The translations under genes and the position numbers were made by a program. The notes beneath the pieces were generated by a model, which saw nothing but the letters and a program-made list of their open reading frames with translations, ran no database searches and was not told the DNA's origin. Positions 61,145 through 64,000 of a DNA stretch of 64,000 nucleotides are shown piece by piece; position 1 is the stretch's first letter; every line of letters begins with the position of its first letter. This stretch comes from Macrostomum hystrix. Lineage: Eukaryota > Animalia > Platyhelminthes. The stretch is from positions 124,001-188,000 of the forward strand of contig CATNEN010000026.1 in assembly GCA_950097015.1 (NCBI GenBank), read 5' to 3'.

Positions 61145-63650
61145 TACTTATTTACCATTGATCAGATTCTCCCTATCTACCATTGATCAGATTCTCCCTA
61201 TCTACCATTGATCAGCTTCTCCTCCCATTCTACCATTGATCTACTTCTCCCTATCTACCATTGATCAGCAATTCCCTATGTAGAATTGATATACTTCTAC
61301 TTCTCCTTATCTACCACTAATCTAATTTTCCTTATCTACCATTGATCTGCTTCTCCTTATCTACCATTGATCTGCTTCTCCTTATCTACCATTGATCTGC
61401 TTCTCCTTATCTACCATTGATCTACTTCTCCTTATCTACCATTGATCTGCTTCTCCTTATCTACCATTGATCAGCTTCTCCTTATCTACCATTGATCTAC
61501 TTCTCCTTATCTACCATTGATCTACTTCTCCTTATCTACCATTGATCTGCTTCTCCTTATCTACCATTGATCTGCTTCTCCTTATCTACCATTGATCTGC
61601 TTCTCCTTATCTACCATTGATCAGCTTCTCCTTATCTACCATTGATCAGCTTCTCCTTATCTACCATTGATCTACTTCTCCTTATCTACCATTGATCTAC
61701 TTCTCCTTATCTACCATTGATCTGCTTCTCCTTATCTACCATTGATCTGCTTCTCCTTGTCTACCATTGATCTGCTTCTCCTTATCTACCATTGATCAGC
61801 TTCTTCTTATCTACCATTGATCTGCCTCTCCTTATCTACCATTGATCTGCTTCTCCTTATCTACCATTGATCAGCTTCTTCTTATCTACCATTGATCTGC
61901 TTCTCCTTATCTACCATTGATCAGCTTCTCCTTATCTACCATTGATCAGCTTCTTCTTATCTACCATTGATCTGCTTCTCCTTATCTACCATTGATCAGC
62001 TTCTTCTTATCTACCATTGATCTGCCTCTCCTTATCTACCATTGATCTACTTCTCCTTATCTACCATTGATCTGCTTCTCCTTATCTACCATTGATCTAC
62101 TTCTCCTTATCTACCATTGATCTACTTCTCCTTATCTACCATTGACCAGCTTCTCCTTATCTACCATTGATCAGCTTCTCCTTATCTACCATTGATCTGC
62201 TTCTCCTTATCTACCATTGATCTGCTTCTCCTTATCTACCATTGATCTGCTTCTCCTTATCTACCATTGATCTGCTTCTCCTTATCTACCATTGATCTAC
62301 TTCTCCTTATCTACCATTGATCTACTTCTCCTTATCTACCATTGATCTACTTCTCCTTATCTACCATTGATCTACTTCTCCTTATCTACCATTGATCTAC
62401 TTCTCCTTATCTACCATTGATCTGCTTCTCCTTATCTACCATTGATCTGCTTCTCCTTATCTACCATTGATCTACTTCTCCTTATCTACCATTGATCTAC
62501 TTCTCCTTATCTACCATTGACCAGCTTCTCCTTATCTACCATTGATCAGCTTCTCCTTATCTACCATTGATCTGCTTCTCCTTATCTACCATTGATCAGC
62601 TTCTCCTTATCTACCATTGATCTACTTCTCCTTATCTACCATTGATCTACTTCTCCTTATCTACCATTGATCTACTTCTCCTTATCTACCATTGATCTAC
62701 TTCTCCTTATCTACCATTGATCTACTTCTCCTTATCTACCATTGATCTGCTTCTCCTTATCTACCATTGATCTGCTTCTCCTTATCTACCATTGATCTAC
62801 TTCTCCTTATCTACCATTGATCTACTTCTCCTTATCTACCATTGATCTGCTTCTCCTTATCTACCATTGATCAGCTTCTCCTTATCTACCATTGATCTAC
62901 TTCTCCTTATCTACCATTGATCTGCTTCTCCTTATCTACCATTGATCAGCTTCTCCTTATCTACCATTGATCTACTTCTCCTTATCTACCATTGATCAGC
63001 TTCTCCTTGTCTACCATTGATCAGCTTCTCCTTATCTACCATTGATCTACTTCTCCTTATCTACCATTGATCTACTTCTCCTTATCTACCATAGATCAGC
63101 TTCTCCTTATCTACCATTGATCTACTTCTCCTTATCTACCATTGATCTGCTTCTCCTTATCTACCATTGATCTGCTTCTCCTTATCTACCATTGATCTAC
63201 TTCTCCTTATCTACCATTGATCTACTTCTCCTTATCTACCATTGATCTACTTCTCCTTATCTACCATTGATCAGCTTCTCCTTATCTACCATTGATCTAC
63301 TTCTCCTTATCTACCATTGATCTACTTCTCCTTATCTACCATTGATCTACTTCTCCTTATCTACCATTGATCTACTTCTCCTTATCTACCATTGATCTAC
63401 TTCTCCTTATCTACCATTGATCTACTTCTCCTTATCTACCATTGATCTGCTTCTCCTTATCTACCATTGATCAGCTTCTCCTTATCTACCATTGATCTAC
63501 TTCTCCTTATCTACCATTGATCTACTTCTCCTTATCTACCATTGATCAGCTTCTCCTTATCTACCATTGATCTACTTCTCCTTATCTACCATTGATCTAC
63601 TTCTCCTTATCTACCATTGATCAGCTTCTCCTTATCTACCATTGATCTGC
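61145..63650. repeat. 25-bp pyrimidine-rich minisatellite (CTTCTCCTTATCTACCATTGATC[TA/TG/AG]), ~100 copies
   Basis: Visible array bracketed by a donor-like CAG|GTAATT (61057/8) and acceptor-like GCGCAG| (63669). Confidence 0.97.
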
Positions 63651-63669
63651 TTACTTCTGGGATGCGCAG

Positions 63670-63962
63670 GTGCAATTCTGCCGGCACAGCCCGTCGTGCC
63701 GGTCACCGACGCAGCCGTCAACGCCGCCTCTCTTTCGCACTCGCTGCACTGGCTGTCCGCGTCGCTGCCAGATTCCAGCTCCGACGCTGACGATGCCGAC
63801 GATATCGACGATTTCGGTGTCGACGAAATATTAGACGAGGGCGGCGAGTTGAGGGCCGAAGCGCACGCCGAGCTCGCTTCGATGTCGCATTCAGGGCAGC
63901 CGCCTTCAGCGACTTCGGACTTTGCTACGGCAGGCAGTCTCAAGGCTTTCCAGAAAGATTGA
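63670..63962 (+). CDS. Probable terminal exon of an unidentified gene (acidic, low-complexity C-terminus)
   Basis: High GC3 and acidic stretch DADDADDIDDFGVDEILDEGGEL, acceptor at 63669, stop 63960-62; phase-compatible with a donor at 61057. The overlapping minus ORF is TCG/GCG/ACG-rich as expected of a shadow frame. Confidence 0.45.
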
Positions 63963-64000
63963 AAACATTGGCATCTGCTTTTGTTTCGACTGTCTCACCC

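Noticed and set aside
63632-63943. Minus-strand 103-aa Ser-rich ORF as the main gene
   Set aside because: Rich in TCG/GCG/ACG codons expected from the shadow of the GC3-rich acidic plus frame, with an in-frame stop just upstream. Kept only as an alternative in findings.

Overview
Intron-rich animal genomic DNA: GC-rich exons, AT-rich spacers, GT-AG introns, standard code. The style (minisatellite-filled introns, polyQ tails, tRNA-derived SINEs) suggests a free-living flatworm such as Macrostomum; this is inference, no search was run. Seven multi-exon genes could be assembled by hand with consistent splice phases. They are a Rab35-like GTPase (5' exon not found), a RING/B-box/coiled-coil protein with a TPR-like C-terminus, a PCBP-like KH protein, a minus-strand SRCR-SRCR-ZP protein, a ~1870-aa receptor tyrosine phosphatase with two degenerate PTP domains, PDE6D, and a compact Crumbs ending in PPVEERLI. 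A possible small secreted-peptide gene and orphan exons at the right end are weaker calls. About 18 kb (~28%) is ~21 tandem arrays (units 14-101 bp). No two arrays share a unit, and most fill a single intron. Most long repetitive ORFs in the track are artefacts of these arrays. Also present: two tRNA-SINE families, RTE-like LINE relics and a foldback element. Best leads: intron-private minisatellites (some built from splice-site-like units), the double-pseudophosphatase receptor with an exon-precise homogenised duplication, the mini-Crumbs with a furin-cleavable N-terminal module, and the TRIM-TPR fusion.
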